A stretch of DNA of 64,000 nt, taken from positions 1 to 64,000 of the IMG/VR virus record IMGVR_UViG_3300028567_000401. The stretch is one strand, 5' to 3'. Under the pieces are notes generated by a model. It was not told where the DNA came from and did not search any database. It saw nothing but the letters and a program-made list of their open reading frames with translations. The translations under genes and the position numbers were made by a program. Positions 38,471-47,935 of this stretch are shown here, piece by piece (the first letter of the stretch is position 1; every line of letters starts with the position of its first letter). Source of the DNA: a virus. Lineage: Duplodnaviria > Caudoviricetes.

Positions 38471-41400
38471 TACCTAGCAAAATTTAATGTCATTATTGGA
38501 TTATACATACTTGTTCTTTTTGTCTTTATTAAATCTTGAATTTCATCAGAATCTGTAATAGTATATTCATTTACTTGAAATTGAATACTATTATTATTTG
38601 ATTTTGATGGATAGTGGTTTATACTAAAATTTTTATTTGACGGTGATGACGCTAAAAACGCATCTAATCGTTTGTCCATATTTTTTATCACTTTATCACT
38701 AAAAATATCTTTTTTTGAATTTCTAAACAAATTCAATATTTTTTCTTTATCAGTTCTTAAAAGAACAGATAAAAACTGTGATAAATCATCAGTTGACATT
38801 GTAGACGAAAAGAAATTATATGTATTATCTAAATCATTATAAAATTTTGGCTGATTTGTTTTAATAAAAGATATTAAATCTCCATATACAAATAATTTAT
38901 CTTTAGAATAACCAGATAAATTACATCCAATATACTCTTGAGTTTTTGATATTATTTTTCCATCATGACCATATTGCATTACATAATTTAATTTATCAAA
39001 ATCCTCAATGACTTTATTTCTTTTCTGTTCAATATTATTCATATATGCTGTCTCAGTTGTAATATTATTAATTTTTTCTTCAATCATTTTTTTAATATTA
39101 GGTTTCAAAATCTCCTCACAATTAACCGCAACATTTGTCGGCATATCTTTATTTAATTTCATTAAAGTTGTAATATTTTCAGACATTATTTTATTCGAAA
39201 TTACATCTTTAAATTGTTGTGATATTGGGCCAATTTCAATATTTTTCTCGTAATTACCTAATAATTCTATAGTATCTATTCCTGATGGCGTTTGAACTAT
39301 GTATTCATTTATTGATCTATAATCAGGATGTAAAATTATACTTGACAATTTATGACCATATAACATTATAGTTGAATTATATGCAGATATTAAACTTTCA
39401 AAATAATTTGCAGTATCAGAATAAAGTTTATCTATTATTGGATGATATTGAATCATATATGTATCTCCAGTCATTTCAAGTTGTCCGCCATATATTTCTT
39501 CTTCATATTTATTATCAGCTGTTACACTATCAGAATAATTCGGCTTAACCGAATTTTTTGTTCTATTACTTAAGTTTTCTAAAAATTCTTTTGAAAATGT
39601 TTTTTCATAAAATTTACTTCTATCTTCTGTTGATGTTGATCTTGGATCATATACTTCAGTATTTGCATAAAAATTAGATGAAAGAGCATTTTGTAATCTT
39701 TCAACAGGTCTTTCTAACCCTTGACCGCCGATAAAAGTAATATCCAACTGTACGTCAGCAATCATAGGTTGAACTCCAATTCCTTCAGGATTCAAATCCC
39801 AGATACTATTATCATATGTTATATTAACATTTCTAATAATAACTTTCGAATGATAAAAATCGCCTATTCTTAATACACATATTGGCGGTGGCCCAAATGT
39901 TGTATTCCTAGCATTCATATCACTTCTATCAGATGATCCTTTAATTGGTAATGTATCACCCGGTCTAACACATTGATTCAAAAATGTTAGTCTCGCATTT
40001 AATCCTTCAGGTGTCATTGAATGAAATGATGGATGAAAATATTTTAATTTTTCTTTTAAAGATGAAAATTGTAATGGTGAATCTTCTTCAAGTTGTCTAA
40101 AATAATAACATTCTGTTAATGTTTTCATTATAATTTCTTTCATCTTATCAATTGATGGAGTAATTTTATTTACTGTTGGTGAATCATCGTTAATTTCAAC
40201 TAAATTTCGTACATTTGGTGACGATTCTTCATCTTTCACTACATCTTCCGTATCTGTTTCAGCATCGGTTAATTCATATTTTACACCTATTTGTGTTTTT
40301 CTACAATAAAATGTTGTAGGTGCTACACCATTAAAAATATTTACTATTCTTCCATTCCTAGATAATCTCGTTTGATACGCTACCTTATCTGAGCACGACA
40401 TATTTGTTATATCAATACTTTTCTTAGGCTCAAAAGTCTCACCAACATTTTTCACAGATATGGATAAATTTCCATCTTGCGGATATCCTAAATTTCTCAA
40501 TGGAATTATGATAGGTGGTTCATCTGCACTCTCATCTGAATTTGTAATAGGTACTTTCCATTTAAGAAATGTATTAACAACATCATTATATTGACTAAGA
40601 TCTCCACTAAAATAATTAGGAATAATTGCTTCAGGATCTTGATTATAATTTTTACATAATCTAAAAATTAAATCAATTAAAACACTGTAGGTTCTACGAT
40701 AAGATAATTTTAAATTATTATTAGCCGAATCTGGCGAGCTCGTACTTGATCCCATACGAATAATAATATTTTTTACTTTTCCCTTATCTAAATTATCTTT
40801 TAATTTTGAAATACCCTTTAAATATTTTTGATATTCAGATTCTAATGCGTCAAAACCATTTCTAAGCTGCGTCGACGTTGATATTTTAAGTATATCAAAA
40901 TCATCATTACTTGGTTTTTTAATTGAATTAACACCACTTAAAAGCAGATAATCATTTATATGTGAATCGTCCCATGTTGTTGAATTTTTTAATAATGTCT
41001 CTATTCCATAAGATAATTCATTTATTTGTTCTTCTTTAGAATTAATATGTGTTTCATATTGTTTACCATATGGTTGATTAGTAATTAATGGATTACCAAA
41101 TTCAATTTCAGGTGTGTCATTTTTAAAATATAAATTAGCCATAAATGCCGGATCTTCTACCTTATTTTTTGGCTTTGGTGTACTTTTAACTGATTCCACT
41201 AAATATAATTTATTCTGAGCTATAGGTTGAGGTTCTCCATTACCATTTAAATAAGCCATAACAGCCTTAACCTCATCGGGTGATAACGTTACATATTTTC
41301 TTACCAAACTATAAAAGTCAATATCTTCACAACCAGCAAAAAATGCATTAATGTAATTATCGGCTTCTTGATCAGATATACCTTCAAAATGTTTTCGAAC

Positions 41401-43359
41401 AAGAAGATTTAAAATACTTGGATGATCAACAATAACTTTAAATGATACTTGTCCTGTCCTAGTAGTGTTAGTATATGTAAATACGGGCTCAGGTCTACCT
41501 AAAAAATCATTGTCTTTCCATGAAGCATTATTTTGTTCAGATATTTTTAAATCATATGGAGGAAACCACATTATTCTACCACCGTTTGGTCCTCTTTCAC
41601 AAACAGGTAAATCCGTATATGTAAAACCAGGTATATTAGATGTTTTCCACGCTAAATTTTCAATTGAAAACATATATTTTTTAGCAAACCATCCTTGACC
41701 GCTTGAAGACATATTTGATGAGCTTGTTCCAAATTCTCCCCTTGCATTTGAATTTGGATATATGTTTAAATTCCATGGTTTTGTTAAAACACTACTTTCA
41801 AATTTACGATAATTACCTGATTTTTTCATAGTATCAGAATAATTTATATAAGATCTATCTTTTGTCCATACTCTACAATATTCTATACCATTTTCTTGTT
41901 TAGTATATTTATCAAAATATTTAATAGATGAACCTCTAGATAATATAACATCACCTTCTCGAAAAATTCTACTAGTCTGATCTATAACATTAGCAACATG
42001 TGAACGAGCAGCACCGCCATCATCTGGCATTGATTCAAGAATTTCCTGAGTTTTTCCTAAAATTGATTTATCTTCAAAATTATAATTTGTTGATACTGAT
42101 TCTATATATTGTCCTTGACTTTGTGTTCGTTTATAACTTGTAGTATATCTTCCTTTATCTGATTCCAATCCAACCAATGTTTGTGATCCCGGTAATGGAT
42201 TTTTAGACTTTGTGCTTATCCATGTTAATTTACCAGCAACTCCACCACCATCAATTATATTTTTTTGTCTTTGAAATAAAGTTGCTTGTATTGGATCAAA
42301 CATTTGAACTAAATAATAATTGCTTCGTACTGGCCTGTCATTAAAATCATTCATTGCATAATAAACATCCTCGCCTCTATCATCACCAATATAAGCAACA
42401 CTATTTGGAGCTTCAATACCTAATATATTCTTAACACTCTGTGCTGTTTGATCAATAAAATTAAATATTTTTGATGTATTTTGTGATCTTGCTGTTGTTG
42501 TATAATTCGGAGCATATTTTGAATATGACAAGTTGTCAAACAAAAATGATCTTTGTCTTTGTCCCATATATTCAATAAACAAATCAGATGGTTTTTGCGT
42601 TCTTGATCGTCTTCTAATTCCTATTAATGAGCCTAATGCACCAGTAGTATCCTGAACAGTCTTTTTAAATTCACTTATAGTTTTTTCTTCAGATTGTTTA
42701 GTAATTATAGGATTACGTGGGTTTGATAAATAATCGCCCGGTATTTCTACCCATGGAAATTCTACTCCGGTAATTGTTTGTAAAAAATCAATGCCTTTAC
42801 CGGGTAATGTAGATGCAACAGTAATTTTGGTATTAGTTTCTATTAATGGTTCTCTACCTGTTAATATATTAATTGCCGTTGTTGTATTTCCACCCAATGC
42901 ATCTACTAATCTCAATCTACCTACAGTAGACGAAATTAAATTTTGTGTTACTCTAGCAAAAAAAGGTCCCTGTGGATTAGTATTTATATTCCACGCAGCA
43001 AACTTCATTAATTCAGATTCGTCATCATATTCTTTAGAACTCATTATACCAATTAAATTATGAATTCTACCCACAAAATACGGATAAAGATTTAAATTTG
43101 CTCTTCTTGTGAATACATTTAAATTTTCATTTATAAAATACTCTGTTGGTTTAAAAGTATTTACATTTTGTGATTGTGTTAATTCAAATTCTCTGGTGTC
43201 TTCAACAGTTCCAGGATCTATATTTGGAAATACATTTAAATTATGAACACTATAATTAGACGCATTAAATGTTTGAGGTCCATTTGGAACTGTTAAAGTT
43301 TTTGATATAACAAAATCTCTAAAACGTTTACTTGCATTAAAATCTACATAACTTGGCAT
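38470..43359 (-). CDS. 1629-aa virion structural protein containing an OmpA-C-like segment
   Basis: Located directly after the tape measure gene; LYFKND.P and NLKLSYRRTYSV resemble OmpA-family signatures. Confidence 0.6.
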   Translation of the reverse strand: MPSYVDFNASKRFRDFVISKTLTVPNGPQTFNASNYSVHNLNVFPNIDPGTVEDTREFELTQSQNVNTFKPTEYFINENLNVFTRRANLNLYPYFVGRIHNLIGIMSSKEYDDESELMKFAAWNINTNPQGPFFARVTQNLISSTVGRLRLVDALGGNTTTAINILTGREPLIETNTKITVASTLPGKGIDFLQTITGVEFPWVEIPGDYLSNPRNPIITKQSEEKTISEFKKTVQDTTGALGSLIGIRRRSRTQKPSDLFIEYMGQRQRSFLFDNLSYSKYAPNYTTTARSQNTSKIFNFIDQTAQSVKNILGIEAPNSVAYIGDDRGEDVYYAMNDFNDRPVRSNYYLVQMFDPIQATLFQRQKNIIDGGGVAGKLTWISTKSKNPLPGSQTLVGLESDKGRYTTSYKRTQSQGQYIESVSTNYNFEDKSILGKTQEILESMPDDGGAARSHVANVIDQTSRIFREGDVILSRGSSIKYFDKYTKQENGIEYCRVWTKDRSYINYSDTMKKSGNYRKFESSVLTKPWNLNIYPNSNARGEFGTSSSNMSSSGQGWFAKKYMFSIENLAWKTSNIPGFTYTDLPVCERGPNGGRIMWFPPYDLKISEQNNASWKDNDFLGRPEPVFTYTNTTRTGQVSFKVIVDHPSILNLLVRKHFEGISDQEADNYINAFFAGCEDIDFYSLVRKYVTLSPDEVKAVMAYLNGNGEPQPIAQNKLYLVESVKSTPKPKNKVEDPAFMANLYFKNDTPEIEFGNPLITNQPYGKQYETHINSKEEQINELSYGIETLLKNSTTWDDSHINDYLLLSGVNSIKKPSNDDFDILKISTSTQLRNGFDALESEYQKYLKGISKLKDNLDKGKVKNIIIRMGSSTSSPDSANNNLKLSYRRTYSVLIDLIFRLCKNYNQDPEAIIPNYFSGDLSQYNDVVNTFLKWKVPITNSDESADEPPIIIPLRNLGYPQDGNLSISVKNVGETFEPKKSIDITNMSCSDKVAYQTRLSRNGRIVNIFNGVAPTTFYCRKTQIGVKYELTDAETDTEDVVKDEESSPNVRNLVEINDDSPTVNKITPSIDKMKEIIMKTLTECYYFRQLEEDSPLQFSSLKEKLKYFHPSFHSMTPEGLNARLTFLNQCVRPGDTLPIKGSSDRSDMNARNTTFGPPPICVLRIGDFYHSKVIIRNVNITYDNSIWDLNPEGIGVQPMIADVQLDITFIGGQGLERPVERLQNALSSNFYANTEVYDPRSTSTEDRSKFYEKTFSKEFLENLSNRTKNSVKPNYSDSVTADNKYEEEIYGGQLEMTGDTYMIQYHPIIDKLYSDTANYFESLISAYNSTIMLYGHKLSSIILHPDYRSINEYIVQTPSGIDTIELLGNYEKNIEIGPISQQFKDVISNKIMSENITTLMKLNKDMPTNVAVNCEEILKPNIKKMIEEKINNITTETAYMNNIEQKRNKVIEDFDKLNYVMQYGHDGKIISKTQEYIGCNLSGYSKDKLFVYGDLISFIKTNQPKFYNDLDNTYNFFSSTMSTDDLSQFLSVLLRTDKEKILNLFRNSKKDIFSDKVIKNMDKRLDAFLASSPSNKNFSINHYPSKSNNNSIQFQVNEYTITDSDEIQDLIKTKRTSMYNPIMTLNFAR

Positions 43360-43402
43360 TATATTGTTTTAATAATAAATACAAGCCACTTAAAAATCTA
43401 TA

Positions 43403-45391
43403 TTAATTTGAATTTGGATTTAAAAAACTATTTGCCCATTCCTCAGCAAATCTTTTATCTGCCATGAATATTTGTGCAATTTTATCTGTAGTAGAATCCA
43501 TAGGATTTATGTTAACATTATGTGTAACAATTATCCTTTGTTCTGGTAATGTTTGTGGTGAATTTAAAGATTCATTTCTTCTTGCTGCAACTTCTAAATT
43601 TCTTGCTTCTGTTTCTATATTTGCAGCTTGTTTTGTTTTATTAGAATTTATAATATCGTTTGTTAAATCTCGAATATTATTAACAAAAGAACCACCAAAA
43701 CTATTTTTAATATTTATAAGCCCATCCCAATCTCTTATAGCATTTTGCATAAATTTATCCATTTTATCAATACCAGCAGAGCCTAAATCAGCAATAGCAT
43801 CAGATAGATTACCTATAAATTCACTATCTAACCCTAACGCTTTTTCAATTAAATCTGATGCATTTTTTCCTATTGATACCCTTAACGCTCCTCGAATAAA
43901 TGAAACGTCTCTTTCAACATTTTCAAGTGCCATAACTTGTCGTCTAGCAACATCTTCAGGTCTCATCTCTTCAAGTAATTGCCTCTGTTTAATAAGGGTT
44001 TCAATATTTTGTTCACTTAAATCTGATAAAGCAATAGATGTTTCTGTTGGTAACATTTGTAATTGTTGTCTCAAATCTACCGGAATATCAATAATCATTT
44101 GGCCACCTTCCATTCGAGCTAGATTGATTATAAATTCTCTATCTTTTTCATTTATATTCAATCCTTTTCCTGCCATATCCATTGCTGCCTGTTGCCTTTC
44201 CATAGATGCTATAGCACTTCTAGCTAATTCATTATATTCCATACCTAATATTCTAGCAGCTTCTTTAGCTCTTCTAAGATTAACACCGGTTATTTCAAAT
44301 CTTCCCTGTTCATTATTAAATGTTGCAAAAGCTTTTGTAGATTCAATTAAGGCATCTTGTAATCCTTCAAGATCGTTAGTTGCCATATACATTAATTTTA
44401 ATGGATCATTTAATGCTCCAACAGCTCCTCCAATTACTTGTAAATTTGCAACTAATTCTAATGCTTTATCTGGTTCCCATACTTGTTCAGCGAGTTTAAA
44501 TACTTCAGACATATTAGTTCTAAATTCTATGGACTTTTGGGCCATTCTTTCTAATGATAAAATACCATTTCTAAAACCATACGCATTTATATTTCTTAAA
44601 TTTTCATCTACTATTTTAAGTGTTTCCCTAGCATTTAATCCTATCGATTGTGATCTAATTTGTGAATTCTGAACATAAGTTGACATATCTCGAAGACCTA
44701 GACCTATAAATTCAAAATTTCTACCCATATCGCTAAGTCTTTCCATGCCTCCAATAAATTTACTGGCAAGCGCCATCTCTTTTAATGTATCATCATTAAT
44801 TAATTTAAATTTTCCTGAGTTTGATACTAAATTACCAACACTTTCAGCTAATTCGTTAAATCCTATACCAAGTTTTATAGCCCATGGCGAAGCATTCATT
44901 ATTTCTGTTCTAAATGCTTCAGCCAATTCTCCTGTCATTGCTGATTTTACATTTATTTCATTATAAAGTTTATTTATGTTGGTTAAATATAAAATAACTT
45001 CATTTTGAACTAGTCCTTTAATTGTATTTAATGTTTGTAATGGTTGTTTAAATACATGAAATAAAGATTCGATTCCTTCTCTAGTTTTTTCAAGAGTACC
45101 AAACTCATCTAATTTTGCGGTTCTAAAATCGTATTGAGCTTCCATAACTCGGCCTAAAAATGTTTGACCACCCATCCGACTACCTCTCACAACATCACTA
45201 TAATATGTTCTTTCTTGTTCCGCGGCCTTTAATAAGTCATAATCTTTACTAGCCTGCGCAAACGCATCATCATAGTCATTTCCGCCAGTATTATTAAATC
45301 CCAAATCTGAAAGGCGTTGAAGTATAAAATCTATTTTTTTACCTTCTCTAGATCTTATAATCGCCATTGCCGCTTCACTAAATAATGCCAT
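43403..45391 (-). CDS. Tail tape measure protein (probable)
   Basis: Ala/Glu/Leu-rich helical 662-aa protein in the canonical position after tube and chaperone genes. Confidence 0.65.
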   Translation of the reverse strand: MALFSEAAMAIIRSREGKKIDFILQRLSDLGFNNTGGNDYDDAFAQASKDYDLLKAAEQERTYYSDVVRGSRMGGQTFLGRVMEAQYDFRTAKLDEFGTLEKTREGIESLFHVFKQPLQTLNTIKGLVQNEVILYLTNINKLYNEINVKSAMTGELAEAFRTEIMNASPWAIKLGIGFNELAESVGNLVSNSGKFKLINDDTLKEMALASKFIGGMERLSDMGRNFEFIGLGLRDMSTYVQNSQIRSQSIGLNARETLKIVDENLRNINAYGFRNGILSLERMAQKSIEFRTNMSEVFKLAEQVWEPDKALELVANLQVIGGAVGALNDPLKLMYMATNDLEGLQDALIESTKAFATFNNEQGRFEITGVNLRRAKEAARILGMEYNELARSAIASMERQQAAMDMAGKGLNINEKDREFIINLARMEGGQMIIDIPVDLRQQLQMLPTETSIALSDLSEQNIETLIKQRQLLEEMRPEDVARRQVMALENVERDVSFIRGALRVSIGKNASDLIEKALGLDSEFIGNLSDAIADLGSAGIDKMDKFMQNAIRDWDGLINIKNSFGGSFVNNIRDLTNDIINSNKTKQAANIETEARNLEVAARRNESLNSPQTLPEQRIIVTHNVNINPMDSTTDKIAQIFMADKRFAEEWANSFLNPNSN

Positions 45392-45412
45392 ATTATATAA
45401 ATAGATATATTA

Positions 45413-45595
45413 TTATTTTTTATTATTTTCTTGTTCCAATATATATGTAATATAATATTTTCTTATATAAATAGGCATAGACAAAATATCGCCATATGAA
45501 AATCCGCGATTAATTAAAAACAAAATCTCTTTTAATTGACCTTCTTTATACTCCGTAGAAAGGACGAAAAAATTCAACCCCAAATCCAATTTCAA
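45413..45595 (-). CDS. Downstream (+1) frame of the tail assembly chaperone, probably expressed by frameshifting
   Basis: Overlaps the end of the upstream gene by 50 nt, has only a TTG start, and is protein-like (LKEILFLINRGFSYGDILSMPIYIRKYY). Confidence 0.6.
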   Translation of the reverse strand: MKLDLGLNFFVLSTEYKEGQLKEILFLINRGFSYGDILSMPIYIRKYYITYILEQENNKK

Positions 45596-46301
45596 CTTGG
45601 ATTTCTTCTCCTGATGGGGTCATTATTTTTTGTGTTAAATCAATTCCAGGTTTATTTTCTATAACATATTTTCGAAAATTTTGTGAATCTACGATTGGCA
45701 TTTCATGTTCCACAAAATTGTATATTTCCATTGGATCTCTATTACCATTAATTGATTTAATTAACATTTCAAGTCTTTTTGTAACAATAGGCGCTGTTCC
45801 AATTCCATTCCAACTATCTCTAATTTTAAGAAGTTCCTCTTCTTGTTTTTGAGTTAAAAAATTAAATGTTATATTAATTTGACTTTTCTTTAAAAAATAT
45901 GGATACTCACCATTATTATCAGCGACTAATTTAAAATCTTTTATTTTAAGACGAGATAAATCAACCACAGCATTAAATTTTTCATTTGTTCTAGGATCAG
46001 TTAATGTTAAATTATATTCAGAACCAAAAGCGGTATTCCTTAAAAAAATTAATATCGCTTGTTTATCTTCTTCTAATATATCTTCAACTTTTAAATCTTT
46101 ATCTAGAATTTTTCTTTTTAAAATTTCTTCAATAATTTTACCATTTGTTGTTATATTTGGCGATGCTAAAATGTTTTCATCAGCTGCCGTTAAATATGCA
46201 ACTCTAAGAGAACTTTTTTTATTAGGATACATAATGCCTCTAGTGGGTAACTCAACTACATCATATGCAATTGTTGAATTAATTTTAAATTCTTCTAACA
46301 T
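45546..46301 (-). CDS. Tail/baseplate assembly chaperone (T4 gp26-like position and size)
   Basis: Lies between tube and tape measure; VELPTRG...YLTAADENIL and C-terminal GVEFFRP. Confidence 0.65.
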   Translation of the reverse strand: MLEEFKINSTIAYDVVELPTRGIMYPNKKSSLRVAYLTAADENILASPNITTNGKIIEEILKRKILDKDLKVEDILEEDKQAILIFLRNTAFGSEYNLTLTDPRTNEKFNAVVDLSRLKIKDFKLVADNNGEYPYFLKKSQINITFNFLTQKQEEELLKIRDSWNGIGTAPIVTKRLEMLIKSINGNRDPMEIYNFVEHEMPIVDSQNFRKYVIENKPGIDLTQKIMTPSGEEIQVEIGFGVEFFRPFYGV

Positions 46302-46371
46302 GTCTTTTTATTTTAGGATGACAAAATTATTTTAAAATATTTTTTTATAAATCCTTAATATTTAATAAATA

Positions 46372-46860
46372 TTAATATAGCTGAATACAACGATCCATTC
46401 GTAATGTTACATCAATTGTCGCTAAATCATCTCTTGAATAATCTAAGTCTCCAAAATTAAGCCCTGTCATAAATGTACCTTGTAAAAGCCATTTTTCAAC
46501 CACAACGCCAGTCGGATCTAACATTTCAAGTTCAACATCTTTTTTATATCCAGCGGCATATCCCATTCTTCCTGTAACAGATTCGGCATGTAAACGCATC
46601 CATTCCATAAGTGCTTGTGATGCTGATGGGCCGATAGGATCTTTAAATTGAACTCTTAATTCTTCCCAAACAAATCGACCAGCAACATATGTTGATGTAT
46701 TTAAAAATGGAATTTCAGTAGAACCAATTTTAGCAATTGGCCTCGATGCTGAATAAACATACCATTCATTTATACCTAATGTTGATGGAAATCTTAAAAG
46801 AAATCTATTTTTTCGTTTTGGCTCGTAAGGTACGGGCATTTTCATTAATAAATCTGCCAT
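46372..46860 (-). CDS. Tail tube protein (T4 gp19-like)
   Basis: EPKRKNRF, YVAGRFVWE, GYAAGYKKD, VVEKW and DLDYS motifs; 162 aa; downstream of the sheath. Confidence 0.85.
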   Translation of the reverse strand: MADLLMKMPVPYEPKRKNRFLLRFPSTLGINEWYVYSASRPIAKIGSTEIPFLNTSTYVAGRFVWEELRVQFKDPIGPSASQALMEWMRLHAESVTGRMGYAAGYKKDVELEMLDPTGVVVEKWLLQGTFMTGLNFGDLDYSRDDLATIDVTLRMDRCIQLY

Positions 46861-47064
46861 GTCATATTTATATTTAATTCATTTATTACTTTCTTATAAA
46901 TATATCAAAATTAAAAAAATATTTTTTTTTAAATTTTCGTGAAAAATTACCAGTAAATATTGACCCAATAATTAATATTTCAATAAATACTAGTTGTTAA
47001 AAAAAAATATTATATTATATTGACTTTTTCATTTTTTTATTATATTTTGGTACACAGTACCGGC

Positions 47065-47173
47065 CCAGAAATATTGGACCAGAAATATTGGACCAGAAAT
47101 ATTGGACCAGAAATATTGGACCAGAAATATTGGACCAGAAATATTGGACCAGAAATATTGGACCAGAAATATT
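47065..47173. repeat. Non-coding perfect tandem array of the 14-bp unit CCAGAAATATTGGA (7 full copies plus an 11-nt partial)
   Basis: Counted directly: units start at 47065, 47079, 47093, 47107, 47121, 47135, 47149 and 47163. Confidence 0.97.
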
Positions 47174-47184
47174 ATAAATAAAGC

Positions 47185-47370
47185 AAAATACTAGAATAAA
47201 AGATACTAGAATAAAAGATAATAGAATAAAAAATACTAGAATAAAAGATACTAGAACAAAAGATAATAGAATAAAAAATACTAGAATAAAAAATACTAGA
47301 ATAAAAGATACTATAATAAAAGATAATAGAATAAAAAATACTAGAATAAAAGATACTAGAATAAAAAATA
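47185..47370. repeat. Non-coding tandem array of a 15-bp unit, consensus ATA(C/A)TAGAATAAAA(G/A), 12 copies
   Basis: The (C/A)TAGAA core recurs every 15 bp from 47191 to 47356, with single-base variants. Confidence 0.95.
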
Positions 47371-47467
47371 GTTATATAGAAAAATGTTTTTCTAATCCAT
47401 TCTCATCGCTTCACAGACATTTACCATAAGTGGTTTTACTATGTCTCCACGACTGTTATTCAGGGCA

Positions 47468-47815
47468 TTAACTCCCAAAGCGGGTAATCCTATCCTTATG
47501 CTCAACGAGTATCTTAGCTATATTTTCGTCTGACAAAAGTTGAATCATCTTCTTTCTTTCGTCATTAAGCCCGCTACCACATTCTTCCACTACTTTTGAC
47601 ACAATCCACCCATTAGCAGAACAAAACTCCTGAACTCTTTTCGACTGTGAGATTAAATTCGACCTATTTTCAGATGACGATACTCTCGCATATACAGCTA
47701 CAACTTCTTTTTTTTGCGGTGTATCATCTGGAACAATTATAGTACCACTATTGAACATATTCCATGCAGTCCTATATGTAACTCCTAATTATTTTGTGTA
47801 TTTACTTAATTTCAT
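47468..47815 (-). pseudogene. tnpA: IS607-family TnpA (MerR-HTH plus serine recombinase) pseudogene
   Basis: MKLSKYTK*LGVTYRTAWNMF HTH with an in-frame TAA at 47789-47791; YARVSS catalytic motif, GSGLN and VEHKDRITRFG, then premature end. Confidence 0.85.
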
Positions 47816-47819
47816 AATG

Positions 47820-47827
47820 CAAAGATA
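47820..47827 (-). promoter_or_regulatory. Bacteroidota-type -7 promoter element TATCTTTG upstream of tnpA
   Basis: Exact TAnnTTTG match 4 nt upstream of the original tnpA ATG (47815). Confidence 0.55.
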
Positions 47828-47890
47828 GTATATTTTTCTATATAAGCAAATAATTTACTATAAATCTATATTATGTTTTGAATACTGGAC

Positions 47891-47921
47891 AAAAAAAAGG
47901 TAGGAATCCCTACCTTTTTTT
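47891..47921. terminator. Bidirectional intrinsic terminator after the tail sheath gene
   Basis: A8-GGTAGG-AATC-CCTACC-T7 perfect hairpin. Confidence 0.85.
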
Positions 47922-47935
47922 ATTTTCACTAAGTA

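Larger units (their letters stand above)
47371..47890 (-). mobile_element. Internally deleted, non-autonomous IS607-family element
   Basis: tnpA pseudogene fused to a TnpB-like 3' end; 14-bp perfect subterminal inverted repeat TTATATAGAAAAAT (47372-47385) / ATTTTTCTATATAA (47832-47845). Exact ends are uncertain. Confidence 0.7.

Noticed and set aside
43464-44672. 402-aa + strand ORF opposite the tape measure gene
   Set aside because: Codon-register antisense shadow rich in S/I/L/F, with no recognisable motifs and fully nested in a canonical gene.
47065-47370. Repeat arrays as a CRISPR array or as a phase-variable coding sequence (PEILDQKYWTRNIG, DTRIK or YSSIF frames)
   Set aside because: No unique spacers and no cas genes. 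The open frames lack start codons, and a TAA at 47175-47177 blocks read-through into the DTRIK frame whatever the 14-mer copy number.
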